A stretch of DNA of 64,000 nucleotides from an uncultured Candidatus Saccharibacteria bacterium (GCA_964386855.1 CAYLUF010000001.1:56493-120492); one strand, 5' to 3'. Shown: positions 17,678-26,931, counted from the stretch's first letter. Notes: generated by a model not told the origin, from the letters alone. Numbers and translations are program-made.

Positions 17678-18664
17678 ATGGCTAAGAAAAAAGTAAACTC
17701 AAAAGTACTCGCTCAGCAAAAGGCACGAAGGCGCCAGTGGATTACCTTTGTGCGTATGTGCCGCTACGGCGTTAATAACTTCAGCCGCAACGCATGGCTA
17801 ACGGTGGCAGCGACTGCAGTAATGACCATTACACTCCTTGTAGTACTTGCAAGTGTGGTTGCTCAGAGTATTCTTACGAGCACCCTTGAAGACTTCCGCG
17901 GCAAGGTAAGTATGTCAATTTACCTAAAGAACAGCACATCTCAAGATGATGTAGACAAGGTCGTCGCTGAGGTAAATAAGCTCGAATCCGTCACCAGTAG
18001 CTCAACAAAAAGCCCAAGTCAAGCCCGCGAAGAGTTTGTCCAGCAGCGCAAGAACGACGCTGATACATTAGATGCAATTAAAGAAGCCTCAAACCAGTTC
18101 TTCTGGACGGTAAATATTAAGGTCGTCGATATTAACGACACCTCAGAACTTGCTGCGCTTGTAAAAGACAACCAAACCGTAAAGGCGCATATTGATCCAA
18201 ATCATGAGCCGTCCTTTGCCGGAAGTCGGCGTGCGTCTATCGAAGGTATCGCTCGTACCGCACTGTTCCTACAGCGCCTCGGGATTATTGGTAGTAGTGT
18301 CTTCGTTGTTATTTCTATATTGATTATCTTCAACACCATCCGCATGGCAATCTTTAACCGCCGCGAAGAAATCCAGATGATGAAGCTTATTGGAGCGGAC
18401 CGTTCATTTATTAGGGGTCCATTCATTGTTGAAGCGGTGGTGTACGGGGTCTTTGCGGCAATTGTTGCCACGGGAGTGGGCTATGCACTGCTCCACTTCG
18501 CAACACCGGCACTTGATAGGTTTGGTGTCATCGTTCAGCCAACGATGCAAGCCGGCACGTATTACATAGGATTCGTCTTACTTGGCATGATTGCCATAGG
18601 TTCACTGATAGGTATACTCTCATCAATGCTTGCAACGCGCAGGTATCTTAAGCCAAATTCATAA
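17678..18664 (+). CDS. ftsX: Cell division permease-like protein FtsX
   Basis: 328 aa. Basic cytoplasmic N-terminus, TM1, an approximately 150-aa extracytoplasmic domain and three C-terminal TMs. Confidence 0.85.
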   Translation: MAKKKVNSKVLAQQKARRRQWITFVRMCRYGVNNFSRNAWLTVAATAVMTITLLVVLASVVAQSILTSTLEDFRGKVSMSIYLKNSTSQDDVDKVVAEVNKLESVTSSSTKSPSQAREEFVQQRKNDADTLDAIKEASNQFFWTVNIKVVDINDTSELAALVKDNQTVKAHIDPNHEPSFAGSRRASIEGIARTALFLQRLGIIGSSVFVVISILIIFNTIRMAIFNRREEIQMMKLIGADRSFIRGPFIVEAVVYGVFAAIVATGVGYALLHFATPALDRFGVIVQPTMQAGTYYIGFVLLGMIAIGSLIGILSSMLATRRYLKPNS

Positions 18665-18742
18665 GAGAAACGTTTTGTATGGAGAAGGGGAGGAGTAAAT
18701 TACTCCTTCTTTCTCGTGTTTAAAATTACTACACTCATGTGC

Positions 18743-18771
18743 TTGACCGTCTAAAATGCTTATGCTATAGT
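18743..18771 (+). promoter_or_regulatory. Sigma70-type promoter of the CHAP hydrolase gene
   Basis: -35 TTGACC (18743-18748), a 17-nt spacer and extended -10 TGcTATAGT (18766-18771). The ATG lies 10 nt downstream. Confidence 0.65.
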
Positions 18772-18781
18772 AAAGTAAGTA

Positions 18782-19966
18782 ATGAAACTGCGTTCCACCA
18801 CACTACCAGCTTCAATCTCTAGGGTTGCCAAGATCGGCACAATCTTTGCCGTAGTCGCTGCCATCATTGTTGGCGGCTTCCTTTATGCAAATCGTCCAGC
18901 ATCTGCAGACGAGTACGATGCTAAGATTCGTAGCCTCTCCGCTGACATGTCACGCTTCCAAGCTGAAGCCGACCGCCTTAATAATGAGGCAATAACCCTC
19001 GGCAATACCCTTGCTCAGATTACCAATGATAAGAACGCGCTCCAGGCTCAGGTTGACCTCAGCCAGGCAAAGCACGACAAGCTTGTTGTTGAAATCAAAG
19101 ACACAGAAGAGCAGATTGAAAAGAATCGTGACGCCTTAGGGACAACTATTGTAGACCTTTATGCAGGTGATGCGGTTTCGCCAATCGAGATGCTTGCCAG
19201 CAGCCAAGACATTGGTGACTTCCTTGATAAGCAGGAGTACCGTACCTCTGTGAAAGATTCACTGAGCGCAACAATCAAGAAGGTGAAAGACCTCCGCGCT
19301 CAGCTTCAAGAGCAAAAAGACGAAGTAGTAAAGGTACTTGATGAGCAAAAAGTAGCCCGTGACGGACTTGTTGCGAAGGAGTCAGAGCAGGCATCACTTC
19401 TAGCAAGGACACAGAATGACGAAGCGGCATTCCAAGGTCTTGTGAAGGACCGTGAAAAGCAAATTGCTGATGCGCGCGCCGCACAGGCTGCACTCCGTGC
19501 TCGTATTAATAACGCAGGTGGCGGTGGTCAGATTGTTAACTCTGGTAGTCTTGGTGCGTACCCATGGAACAACGCAAACTGTCCAATGCTCAGCTGGCTC
19601 TCTACTGGTGGTGCTGACGGAAACGGTGGCGATGGCCGCGGATACGGATGCCGCCAGTGTGCAAGCTACGCTGCATGGCGCGTTGCAAAAGAAACAGGCA
19701 TTTATTACCGTTGGGGTAACGGTGGTGACTTCTACCGAAACGCAGTGAACGCAGGCTACGGTGACCTTGGACGCTCACCACAGGCAGGATCACTTGCAGT
19801 GATGCTTGGAACACCTGGACACGTTGCATGGGTTGAAGATGTGAGCGCAGATGGTTCACAGGTCCGCGTCAGCCAGTATAACTACAACTACGGTGCTGGA
19901 TGGGGTATGTACAGCGACATGTGGCTCCCAACGTCAGTCTTCGATAGGTACGTAAAGATTAAATAG
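18782..19966 (+). CDS. Coiled-coil CHAP-domain peptidoglycan hydrolase (PcsB-like)
   Basis: 394 aa with an N-terminal membrane anchor/signal and roughly 220 aa of heptad-rich coiled coil. The C-terminal CHAP domain has the catalytic Cys (GCRQCASYAAWR) and His (GHVAWVEDV). Confidence 0.8.
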   Translation: MKLRSTTLPASISRVAKIGTIFAVVAAIIVGGFLYANRPASADEYDAKIRSLSADMSRFQAEADRLNNEAITLGNTLAQITNDKNALQAQVDLSQAKHDKLVVEIKDTEEQIEKNRDALGTTIVDLYAGDAVSPIEMLASSQDIGDFLDKQEYRTSVKDSLSATIKKVKDLRAQLQEQKDEVVKVLDEQKVARDGLVAKESEQASLLARTQNDEAAFQGLVKDREKQIADARAAQAALRARINNAGGGGQIVNSGSLGAYPWNNANCPMLSWLSTGGADGNGGDGRGYGCRQCASYAAWRVAKETGIYYRWGNGGDFYRNAVNAGYGDLGRSPQAGSLAVMLGTPGHVAWVEDVSADGSQVRVSQYNYNYGAGWGMYSDMWLPTSVFDRYVKIK

Positions 19967-19990
19967 TTCATAACTGATGTAAAATAAGCA

Positions 19991-20018
19991 AAATCACGTT
20001 CCTCGGAGCGTGATTTTT
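19991..20018 (+). terminator. Intrinsic terminator after the CHAP gene
   Basis: Stem AAATCACG / CGTGATTT with a 10-nt loop. The T-run merges into the TGgTATACT -10 (20021-20026) of the next gene. Confidence 0.7.
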
Positions 20019-20069
20019 GGTATACTAGAGTAAGTAAGAAGTAGAGCTTGAAAGGGTAGACACAGACAT

Positions 20070-21290
20070 ATGAATGCACAGCATGATGCACCGTATGTAT
20101 CGCCACGGCGTGCATCACAGCGGGGTAAAAAAGAACAAACACCATTTGGAAAGCTAATGCTTTGCTTGATTGTTGGTGGGGTCGCATTCCTTGCGGGTGC
20201 ACTTTCGGTACGGCTCTATCCAGGGAGCACGTCACCACTATTCCACTCAGACACACTTGATCTGAGTAGTGTGCAAACTACCTACACAAAGCTCGTAGAA
20301 AGCTATGATGGCAAGCTTGACCGTGAAGCGCTTATTGAGGGCGCCAACCGCGGGCTCGTTGAGGCTGTAGGTGATCAGTACACGGTATTCCTTAATGCAA
20401 AAGAGTCTGATCAGTTCAATGATGGCCTGAGCGGAAACATTGGTGGTGGTATTGGTGTTGAGGTTGGTATGCGCAGCGGCGTGCCTGTTGTTGAACGCCT
20501 CTTACAGGGCAACCCGGCAGAAAAGGCTGGAATTATGGTAGGCGATGCTATTACGGCGGTAAACGGCGAGTCTACAGAGGGAAAGACTCTTAATGAAGTT
20601 GTGAGTAAGATCCGCGGTGAAACAGATACGAGCGTGAAGCTCACTGTTATCCGTCAGGGCGAGGCACAGGATATTTCTGTGACGCGCCAGGTAATCAATA
20701 ACCCAAGTGCGTATGGCACAATCTCTGATGGCGTTGGTGTCCTGACTATTACGCGCTTCGATGACAACACCGCCTCGCTCGCGCGCGCTGTCGCTCGTCA
20801 GTTCAAGGACGCAAACGTAAAGGGTGTTGTACTTGACCTACGCGGAAATGGCGGCGGATACATCACGGCAGCAAAAGATGTCTCAGGCATCTGGCTTAGT
20901 GATAAGGTTGTCGTCTCTGAACGAAAGGGTGGCAAAGCTGTAGAAGAGCTTCGCACCGGCACCGATCCAATCCTTGATGGCGTTAAGACAGTCGTCCTTC
21001 TAAACAAGAGTAGCGCAAGCGCAAGTGAAATCGTGGCAGGCGCACTTCGCGACCATGGTGCTGCGAAGCTTGTCGGTGAGACTACCTTCGGCAAGGGGAG
21101 CGTTCAGCAACTCATTCAGCTTCCAAACTCTGCAACCCTAAAGGTAACCGTTGCGCGCTGGTTCACACCAAAGGGCCTTAATATCTCTGAGAAGGGCATT
21201 GATCCAGACGTAAAGGTGGAGCGTACCGTTGAAGATATCAATGCAGGGCGTGACCCGCAGCTTGAAAGGGCACGCGCACTTGCGCTGTAG
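20070..21290 (+). CDS. S41 family C-terminal processing peptidase
   Basis: 406 aa with an N-terminal TM and a PDZ region (PAEKAGIMVGDAI). S41 motifs VLDLRGNGGG, SASASEIVAGAL and TFGKGSVQ. Confidence 0.88.
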   Translation: MNAQHDAPYVSPRRASQRGKKEQTPFGKLMLCLIVGGVAFLAGALSVRLYPGSTSPLFHSDTLDLSSVQTTYTKLVESYDGKLDREALIEGANRGLVEAVGDQYTVFLNAKESDQFNDGLSGNIGGGIGVEVGMRSGVPVVERLLQGNPAEKAGIMVGDAITAVNGESTEGKTLNEVVSKIRGETDTSVKLTVIRQGEAQDISVTRQVINNPSAYGTISDGVGVLTITRFDDNTASLARAVARQFKDANVKGVVLDLRGNGGGYITAAKDVSGIWLSDKVVVSERKGGKAVEELRTGTDPILDGVKTVVLLNKSSASASEIVAGALRDHGAAKLVGETTFGKGSVQQLIQLPNSATLKVTVARWFTPKGLNISEKGIDPDVKVERTVEDINAGRDPQLERARALAL

Positions 21291-21349
21291 GGGTTTGCGC
21301 CGGTAGTCCAGAAGAGTACGCATCGCTTGTGCTTATAGAGACAGCATAG

Positions 21350-21355
21350 TACAAT
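21350..21355 (+). promoter_or_regulatory. -10 element TACAAT, leaderless-type, for the REC gene
   Basis: It ends 6 nt before the ATG at 21362. No SD is present. Confidence 0.45.
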
Positions 21356-21361
21356 ACAGAT

Positions 21362-21754
21362 ATGGAAGAAGTCAAAAAGAAAATCCTACTCGTTGAAGAC
21401 GATGAAGCGCTTGCGGGCGTATACAAGTCACGCCTTGAAATTGAAGGCTTCGAGACTGCATGGGCAAGTAACGGAGAGAACGCACTCTCTGAGGCAATCG
21501 CATTTAAACCAGATCTTATCTTGCTTGATGCAATGATGCCAAAGATCAGCGGTTTTGATGTGCTTGATATCCTCCGCAACACCCCAGAGACAGCAAACAT
21601 TCATGTTATCATGCTCACTGCGCTAAGTCAGCCAAAAGACAAAGAGCGCGCTCAAGCGCTTGGCGTTGATGACTACCTTGTGAAGTCACAGGTAGTGATT
21701 GGCGACGTTGTTGAGCGTGTCCGTCATCACCTTGGGATGCCAGCCGGCGCCTAG
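21362..21754 (+). CDS. Single-domain response regulator (REC only)
   Basis: 130 aa. ILLVEDDE acidic pocket, phospho-acceptor Asp in LILLDAMMP, conserved LTA and K (DDYLVKS). No output domain. Confidence 0.88.
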   Translation: MEEVKKKILLVEDDEALAGVYKSRLEIEGFETAWASNGENALSEAIAFKPDLILLDAMMPKISGFDVLDILRNTPETANIHVIMLTALSQPKDKERAQALGVDDYLVKSQVVIGDVVERVRHHLGMPAGA

Positions 21755-21778
21755 TGCGGAAACATCTAAGAAAAGTAT

Positions 21779-21803
21779 AGCCCCAACAGGGGCTTGCTTT
21801 TTT
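21779..21803 (+). terminator. Intrinsic terminator
   Basis: Stem AGCCCC / GGGGCT with loop AACA, followed by TGCTTTTTT. Confidence 0.7.
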
Positions 21804-21861
21804 ATCAAGCTTGTGCTATAATTTACCTAAATAAGGATAGCATCAAAAAGTAAAAACCACC

Positions 21862-22722
21862 ATGAACAACCACGAATCAGCCCCAAAACCACAATCATTT
21901 GAAGTAAAGAAGGAGACAACTCCTCCTCTTAACGAAGTAGTGAAGGGCTTGCTTGAAAACAGCGAGATTCAGGGGCTTCCAGAGGAAGAGCAGGGGAAGG
22001 TTATTGTCGACCGTTTCATCGGCTCACTTGTCCGCCACGGTGGTGTAGAAAGCTCAAACGCCCAGGTGGGCGAGATGGCACCTCATGAAATTCTTGCCAA
22101 GATTGATCAGATTGGTATGGCTAGTGAGGACGAGCTTCATACTGTGCGCGAACTGACGCGTACCGACGGCCTCCGCGGCGGTGTGTCGCTTCTTGCTGAA
22201 GATCCACGCACGGCCGCACTCTTTGGTCGTATGTCTCAGCAGCTTGCGATTGGCCGTAATAGTCGTGGTGAGGCGTTCTATGCGCTCACAAGCCCTGCGC
22301 AGATTGATGGATATATTGATGCTGGTGGTGAGAACAACATAGATACGCGTGCCCAGCAATATACTGACCCGACCGAGTGGATTGGGGTGCTTGCATCAGA
22401 TATAGATAACGTTGCGAGCGGCTTTAGCGAATGGAAGTCAGACAACGAGCTTGCGCGTGATGTACAGAGTAGCGGGGCTATTACGCCAGAGGCGCATAAG
22501 CGTGCTCAGGATCTTTATGCGGCCCGCCGTAAGGCACTCTCTGCGGGTATCGATATGAACCTCATGAAGGATTCCGCTGAGTATATTCGCGATAGGGACG
22601 AGACAACAAAGCGTGAGCTTGGTGCACGTGCGGTCATGTTGGTGACAGGTCAAAAGATGCGCCGCTACCGTGATGCGCATGACGATTGGTTTAACCGCCA
22701 CCTTAATAGCTATCGACGCTAG
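21862..22722 (+). CDS. Hypothetical protein
   Basis: 286-aa ORF with coding-like composition, preceded by TGcTATAAT (21817-22). No domain recognised. Confidence 0.55.
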   Translation: MNNHESAPKPQSFEVKKETTPPLNEVVKGLLENSEIQGLPEEEQGKVIVDRFIGSLVRHGGVESSNAQVGEMAPHEILAKIDQIGMASEDELHTVRELTRTDGLRGGVSLLAEDPRTAALFGRMSQQLAIGRNSRGEAFYALTSPAQIDGYIDAGGENNIDTRAQQYTDPTEWIGVLASDIDNVASGFSEWKSDNELARDVQSSGAITPEAHKRAQDLYAARRKALSAGIDMNLMKDSAEYIRDRDETTKRELGARAVMLVTGQKMRRYRDAHDDWFNRHLNSYRR

Positions 22723-22742
22723 GCAATCAGGGCTTCTCATTA

Positions 22743-22769
22743 AAAAACCTCCCAATCAATGGGAGGTTT
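22743..22769. terminator. Bidirectional intrinsic terminator between convergent genes
   Basis: Stem AAAACCTCCCA / TGGGAGGTTTT with an A-run on one side and a T-run on the other. It sits between the 21862 gene (+) and rpmA (-). Confidence 0.8.
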
Positions 22770-22791
22770 TCTTTTATGCAAGCGCTTAAGA

Positions 22792-23064
22792 TTAAATAAC
22801 GCTTACTTGTGTGCGAGGCACAGACTTGCCTGTAAAGTGACTCTTGCGCACCTTCTGGAAGACAACAACACCATCTTGAGCGGCGTGAATTGTGTAGTTG
22901 CGGCTGATAAATGTACCAGGACCGGCTACCTTTGTGCTACCAGTTTGGCGTACGAGTACTTCACCAGTACGTACCTTCTGGCCACCGAAGCGCTTTACAC
23001 CAAGGCGCGCACCAGCGTTATTATGGATATTTTTACTTGATCCACCTGCTTTAACTTTTGACAT
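22792..23064 (-). CDS. rpmA: 50S ribosomal protein L27
   Basis: 90 aa. The sequence MSKVKAGGSSKN...GVKRFGGQKV..GEVLVRQTGST matches the L27 pattern. SD AAGGAG lies 8 nt upstream. Confidence 0.93.
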   Translation of the reverse strand: MSKVKAGGSSKNIHNNAGARLGVKRFGGQKVRTGEVLVRQTGSTKVAGPGTFISRNYTIHAAQDGVVVFQKVRKSHFTGKSVPRTQVSVI

Positions 23065-23252
23065 AGAATTAACTCCTTATGAGCGATTCGACAATTAGGG
23101 TGTGCGACCTGCCAGCGTACCTATTAACGGCTGACGGCTCCATACCTTGGCGGATGCCGCGGTTAGGACAAGCGCACCTGCAGGCTTTGTTGCTGCAGAC
23201 CCGATGCTCATTCAATCTGTTTAATTTTACAGGAAAAAGGGTGTTTCGTCAA
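23065..23252 (-). promoter_or_regulatory. rpmA promoter plus a roughly 150-nt structured 5' leader
   Basis: On the minus strand: -35 TTGACG (23252-23247), a 17-nt spacer and -10 TAAAAT (23229-23224). The long leader has nested helices, and helix AUGAGC (23211-23206) / GCUCAU (23084-23079) abuts the SD. Confidence 0.5.
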
Positions 23253-23255
23253 GGG

Positions 23256-24467
23256 TTAGACTTTTTTAAGCACAAGAATTTCACGTGCTACAACCTGCTC
23301 TGGGCGGAAGTAGAGGAGCTGTTCTGGGGTGACGTTTTCAAAAGGAATCCAGCTAAAGCCGTAATCCTCTATATTTTGAATGAGCGGCAGGTGGGTGAAC
23401 ATTGGATTGCCGTACGGCGATAGGTCTTTACTGCGCCACGCAGGAACGGCGAGGGCAATAGGGGTGCCAGACGGAATTTGTGCGGCGAGGTTCTTTAAGA
23501 ATGATCCAATAATGTGATTACAGTTACCCTGAACTTCAGTGAGCTTTGCGGGGCTTGGTGGGGCGCTGAATGGCTGGCCGAGGTAGGTCTCTGCGGCGAC
23601 GACGGTAGGGGTGGAGAAGTCCCACTGCGTATCCATAGCGTCGCCCTGGTGGACGCGCGCGCCTGGAGCGGTGCGGTAGTTCTCTTCAAGCCACGCTAAG
23701 TTATCTTCAGTGTATTGAATCATTTTTTCAGAAAGGTCGCTGCCGTATGCGCCGTAGTGGAGGAGGGACGCTTCTTGAAGAAGAACACCGGTTCCACAGA
23801 ACGGGTCAAGAATAGTGAGGCTGTCTTTATGGAGTGTTGGCTCTGTTTCTGCGCTTCCAGCCGCAAGGTTAATGAGGATTTGCGCCAGCTTTGGTGGGAG
23901 CATGCCAACAAAGGCATCGCGGCGTGGACGGCCTTGGTCACGTGCGGCAAGAGCGGTGATATTTTGCGCGCCAAGACTCTCGGCAATAATGGTGGTAGAT
24001 TTACCTTTTACAATAATAAGTTCAACTTTGTTTGCGGCCAGGCCAAGTTTGTTGTGGTGCGATGTTGCGGTGCTGAGAGCAATTTCTTTGTTCGGAATGA
24101 GGCGCAGGCTGACACCGCGTTTTTTGAGGGATGACTTAAGGATGAGGCCAGTTTTTTGCAGTTCGCGAATAGAAGGGGAGTTGTCTGTCCCGTAGACGCT
24201 GAGGCCAAGGGTAATTTTTCCTTCATGTGCAGCCCAAACTTTTTTATAGTGAACAATTAATTTCTTCTCTATTTCTGACCACTTGGTGCTTTGGACGGTT
24301 GCCACAACGCGGCCAAGCTTCTGCGTACCGCCAAGACGTTGGATGTCTGGCTTTTGGGTGCTTTCAAAAAGTGCGGCGCTACTAGAGAACCAGCGGGTAT
24401 CAGTAAAAACACGTTCAAGTTCTGCGATGGAGAGTTCGGGCTGACGGCCCAGAAGAGCAATATACAT
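23256..24467 (-). CDS. SAM-dependent RNA methyltransferase (THUMP/Trm11/RlmL-like class)
   Basis: SAM motif I ILDPFCGTGVLLQEA. Start set at MYIALLGRQPELS because TGCTACAAT lies 6 nt upstream on the minus strand; the ORF track extends to 24485. Confidence 0.65.
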   Translation of the reverse strand: MYIALLGRQPELSIAELERVFTDTRWFSSSAALFESTQKPDIQRLGGTQKLGRVVATVQSTKWSEIEKKLIVHYKKVWAAHEGKITLGLSVYGTDNSPSIRELQKTGLILKSSLKKRGVSLRLIPNKEIALSTATSHHNKLGLAANKVELIIVKGKSTTIIAESLGAQNITALAARDQGRPRRDAFVGMLPPKLAQILINLAAGSAETEPTLHKDSLTILDPFCGTGVLLQEASLLHYGAYGSDLSEKMIQYTEDNLAWLEENYRTAPGARVHQGDAMDTQWDFSTPTVVAAETYLGQPFSAPPSPAKLTEVQGNCNHIIGSFLKNLAAQIPSGTPIALAVPAWRSKDLSPYGNPMFTHLPLIQNIEDYGFSWIPFENVTPEQLLYFRPEQVVAREILVLKKV

Positions 24468-24473
24468 GCTTTT

Positions 24474-24482
24474 ATTGTAGCA
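24474..24482 (-). promoter_or_regulatory. Extended -10 (TGcTACAAT on the minus strand) for the methyltransferase gene
   Basis: The plus strand reads ATTGTAGCA at 24474-24482, ending 6 nt before the ATG at 24467. It is divergent from the promoter at 24508-24516. Confidence 0.5.
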
Positions 24483-24507
24483 CAATATGACGCCATCCGC
24501 CCCTGTA

Positions 24508-24516
24508 TGCTACACT
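24508..24516 (+). promoter_or_regulatory. Extended -10 (TGcTACACT), leaderless-type
   Basis: TACACT at 24511-24516 ends 6 nt before the ATG at 24523. Confidence 0.5.
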
Positions 24517-24522
24517 AAGAGT

Positions 24523-25563
24523 ATGAAAAAGCTGTCGTTCCGAGGGTGGTTGACGATTGTGACATTGGCGTTACTGACGCTGGTGATGTTCTTTGCATGG
24601 CCTGAAATTCAAAAGGCATGGGGGCTGATGGGCCGAGTGGACTTATGGATCTTGGCACTGCTTATTCCGGTGCAGTTACTGAGCTACTATGCTACCGGCG
24701 GGATGATTTTCTCGTACCTTCGTTCTAAGGGTGAGCTCAAGACAATGTCGCACTGGAAAATGACACGCCTGGCTTTAGAGCTTAACTTTGTCAATCACGT
24801 TCTTCCAAGCGGTGGTGCGGCGGGGTTCTCCTACCTTGCGTGGGTGTTGAGCCGCTACAAGGTATCCGCTGCGCGCTCTACTATGGCGCAGATTATTCGC
24901 TTTACACTGACGTTCATTAGCTTTGTGGTGCTGATGCTGGTAGCGCTTCTTATTCTTACCTTGAATCATCAGGTGGATAGGGCGATGGTATTGATTGCCG
25001 TAACCCTTGCGGTGCTGGCAATTGGCGCGACCTTTTTTGTGATTTGGCTTGTGAAGAGCCGTGCACGGTTAACGCGCTTTTCTGGCTGGGTGACCCGGAA
25101 AGTAAACGCGCTGGTGAAATTCTTTACCGGTGGGCGCAAGAAGAAGGCGCTCAAGCCCGCTATTCTCCTGACGTTTTTTGAAGGACTTCATGATGACTAT
25201 GAGGCGCTCACAAAAGAGCGTAAGATTCTGGTGCGCCCCTTTGGCTGGGCATTAATTGCAAATATTCTTGACGTGGCGCTGATTTGGATCGCGTTTTGGT
25301 CACTTGGCTTTATGCTTGATCCAGCGCTCCTGTTTATTGCCTTTGGTATCTCTTCTATTGCAAGTGCGGTATCGGTGACACCGGGGGGTGCGGGTGTGTA
25401 TGAAACTATCATGGTGATGTTCTTGGCGGCAAGTGGTGTAACCCCTGAGGTGGCGATTGCGGGAACACTATTGGCTCGTGTAGTGCTTCTGGCGGGCACG
25501 ATTGTATTTGGCTACGTATTCTACCAACTCACATTGGCGACCTATGGAAAACGCACCGTTTAG
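24523..25563 (+). CDS. Polytopic membrane protein, UPF0104 / lysylphosphatidylglycerol-synthase TM-domain-like (flippase-like)
   Basis: About 346 aa from MKKLSFRGW with roughly 8 predicted TM helices and a cytoplasmic basic loop (GGRKKKALK). The family call comes from overall architecture only. Confidence 0.5.
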   Translation: MKKLSFRGWLTIVTLALLTLVMFFAWPEIQKAWGLMGRVDLWILALLIPVQLLSYYATGGMIFSYLRSKGELKTMSHWKMTRLALELNFVNHVLPSGGAAGFSYLAWVLSRYKVSAARSTMAQIIRFTLTFISFVVLMLVALLILTLNHQVDRAMVLIAVTLAVLAIGATFFVIWLVKSRARLTRFSGWVTRKVNALVKFFTGGRKKKALKPAILLTFFEGLHDDYEALTKERKILVRPFGWALIANILDVALIWIAFWSLGFMLDPALLFIAFGISSIASAVSVTPGGAGVYETIMVMFLAASGVTPEVAIAGTLLARVVLLAGTIVFGYVFYQLTLATYGKRTV

Positions 25564-26644
25564 CGTTAGTGATTTTGTAGCGCTGGTAAACCAGACGCTG
25601 GAGTACGCCTACCCAACGGTGACGGTGGTTGGTGAGGTGGCCGAATTTAAGGTGAGCCAAGGGAAGTGGGTGAGCTTTAAGCTAAAAGACGGCGGCGCGG
25701 TGGTGAACTGTTTTATGGGAATTTACCAGATGCGCATACCACTAGAGGATGGCATGAAGGTGATGGTAGTTGCAAATCCAAAGCTCAACCCTAAGGGTTA
25801 TTTCAACCTGAATATCCGCATGGTGAAGCCTGTGGGCGAGGGGTCAATCAAAAAGGGCTTCGAACTTTTAAAGGCGAAGCTTGAGGCCGAAGGGTTGTTT
25901 GCTCCTGAGCGAAAGCGGCTGCTTCCACGCACACCCGTACATATTGGCGTTATTACCAGTACCGAGTCTGCGGCCTACGCAGATTTTAGTACTATCTTAA
26001 ATCAGCGCTGGGGCGGGCTAAAAGTAACTGTGGCGCATACGCAGGTACAGGGTGACCCGGCGGCTGATCAAATAATTGGTGCAATAAAGTACATGAATGG
26101 ACTTGAGGAGCTTCCTGAGGTTCTGGTCATTATTAGGGGCGGCGGAGCAGCTGAGGATTTGATGTCGTTTAATGACGAGCGGTTAGCACGGGCTGTGGCG
26201 GCGAGCCGTATCCCAACGCTTGTGGGTGTAGGGCATGAGATTGATCATACGCTTGCTGATATGGTGGCGGATGTCCGTGCGGCAACCCCTACAGATGCTG
26301 CGAAGATTGTGGTGCCAGATAAGCAAGAGATTATCCGTGATGTGCGCAGTAAGGTTGTGCATGCTGGGCAGATTCTTTTGAGGCGGATTGATGAATATAA
26401 TGTGCGAAACAGGGAAGCGCTGCGCCATGCCTACCGTAGGATTGAACACGAACTTGAACGTACGACTGCGCAGCTGGCGGCGTTGAAGCTTGCCATAGAG
26501 CAGGTGAATCCGGCAGCGGTGTTGCGGCAGGGGTATGCAATCCTTAGGGGTGAGGTGACGATAGGTGCGCAGATTGAGCTCGAAACCGCCACGCATACCG
26601 CCACGGCAGAAGTGAAGTCAGTGAAAGAAAAGGAGAGAAAATAA
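25544..26644 (+). CDS. xseA: Exodeoxyribonuclease VII large subunit
   Basis: N-terminal OB fold (VSDFVALVNQTLE...VVGEVAEFKVSQGKWVSFKLKD), catalytic core and C-terminal coiled coil. Start at MENAPF overlaps the upstream gene by 20 nt. Confidence 0.88.
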   Translation: MENAPFSVSDFVALVNQTLEYAYPTVTVVGEVAEFKVSQGKWVSFKLKDGGAVVNCFMGIYQMRIPLEDGMKVMVVANPKLNPKGYFNLNIRMVKPVGEGSIKKGFELLKAKLEAEGLFAPERKRLLPRTPVHIGVITSTESAAYADFSTILNQRWGGLKVTVAHTQVQGDPAADQIIGAIKYMNGLEELPEVLVIIRGGGAAEDLMSFNDERLARAVAASRIPTLVGVGHEIDHTLADMVADVRAATPTDAAKIVVPDKQEIIRDVRSKVVHAGQILLRRIDEYNVRNREALRHAYRRIEHELERTTAQLAALKLAIEQVNPAAVLRQGYAILRGEVTIGAQIELETATHTATAEVKSVKEKERK

Positions 26645-26874
26645 TGGTGAATAAAAAAGATGTTCAGGCAGGTGAGGAGCACTCAATCCAAGATGATTTA
26701 ATCCAGCTATCGGAACTTATTACGTGGTTTCAGAGTGATGACTTTGAGCTAGAGAAAGCAACTCAAACCTATGAAGAGGCCGAGGCTCTGGCGAAGAAGA
26801 TTGAGACGAATCTTGATGGTCTAAAGAATGAGATCACGGTGATACGTCAGCGGTTTGAAGACAGCGCTGAGTAG
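26644..26874 (+). CDS. xseB: Exodeoxyribonuclease VII small subunit
   Basis: 76-aa helical protein (LSELITWFQSDDFELEKATQTYEEAEALAKKIE). ATAATG coupling to xseA. Confidence 0.85.
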   Translation: MVNKKDVQAGEEHSIQDDLIQLSELITWFQSDDFELEKATQTYEEAEALAKKIETNLDGLKNEITVIRQRFEDSAE

Positions 26875-26931
26875 GCCGGGCGCAAGTAGACGGGCGCTGA
26901 GTACCTCTTTACATTAACCATAAGCATCACG

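Noticed and set aside
22759-23040. 93-aa plus-strand ORF
   Set aside because: It is antisense to the clearly identified L27 gene.
23090-23215. Possible SRP (4.5S) RNA on the minus strand, because GCUGGCAGG...CACCC and CCGCCAAGG resemble the 3' half of E. coli 4.5S RNA
   Set aside because: The universally conserved helix-8 core (GGAA tetraloop with flanking AGG/AGCA symmetric loop) is absent. There is no terminator, and the segment runs directly into the rpmA SD. It is better explained as an mRNA leader.
23079-23423. 114-aa plus-strand ORF across the rpmA leader
   Set aside because: It overlaps the rpmA leader and the 3' end of the methyltransferase gene on the opposite strand and has no expression signals.
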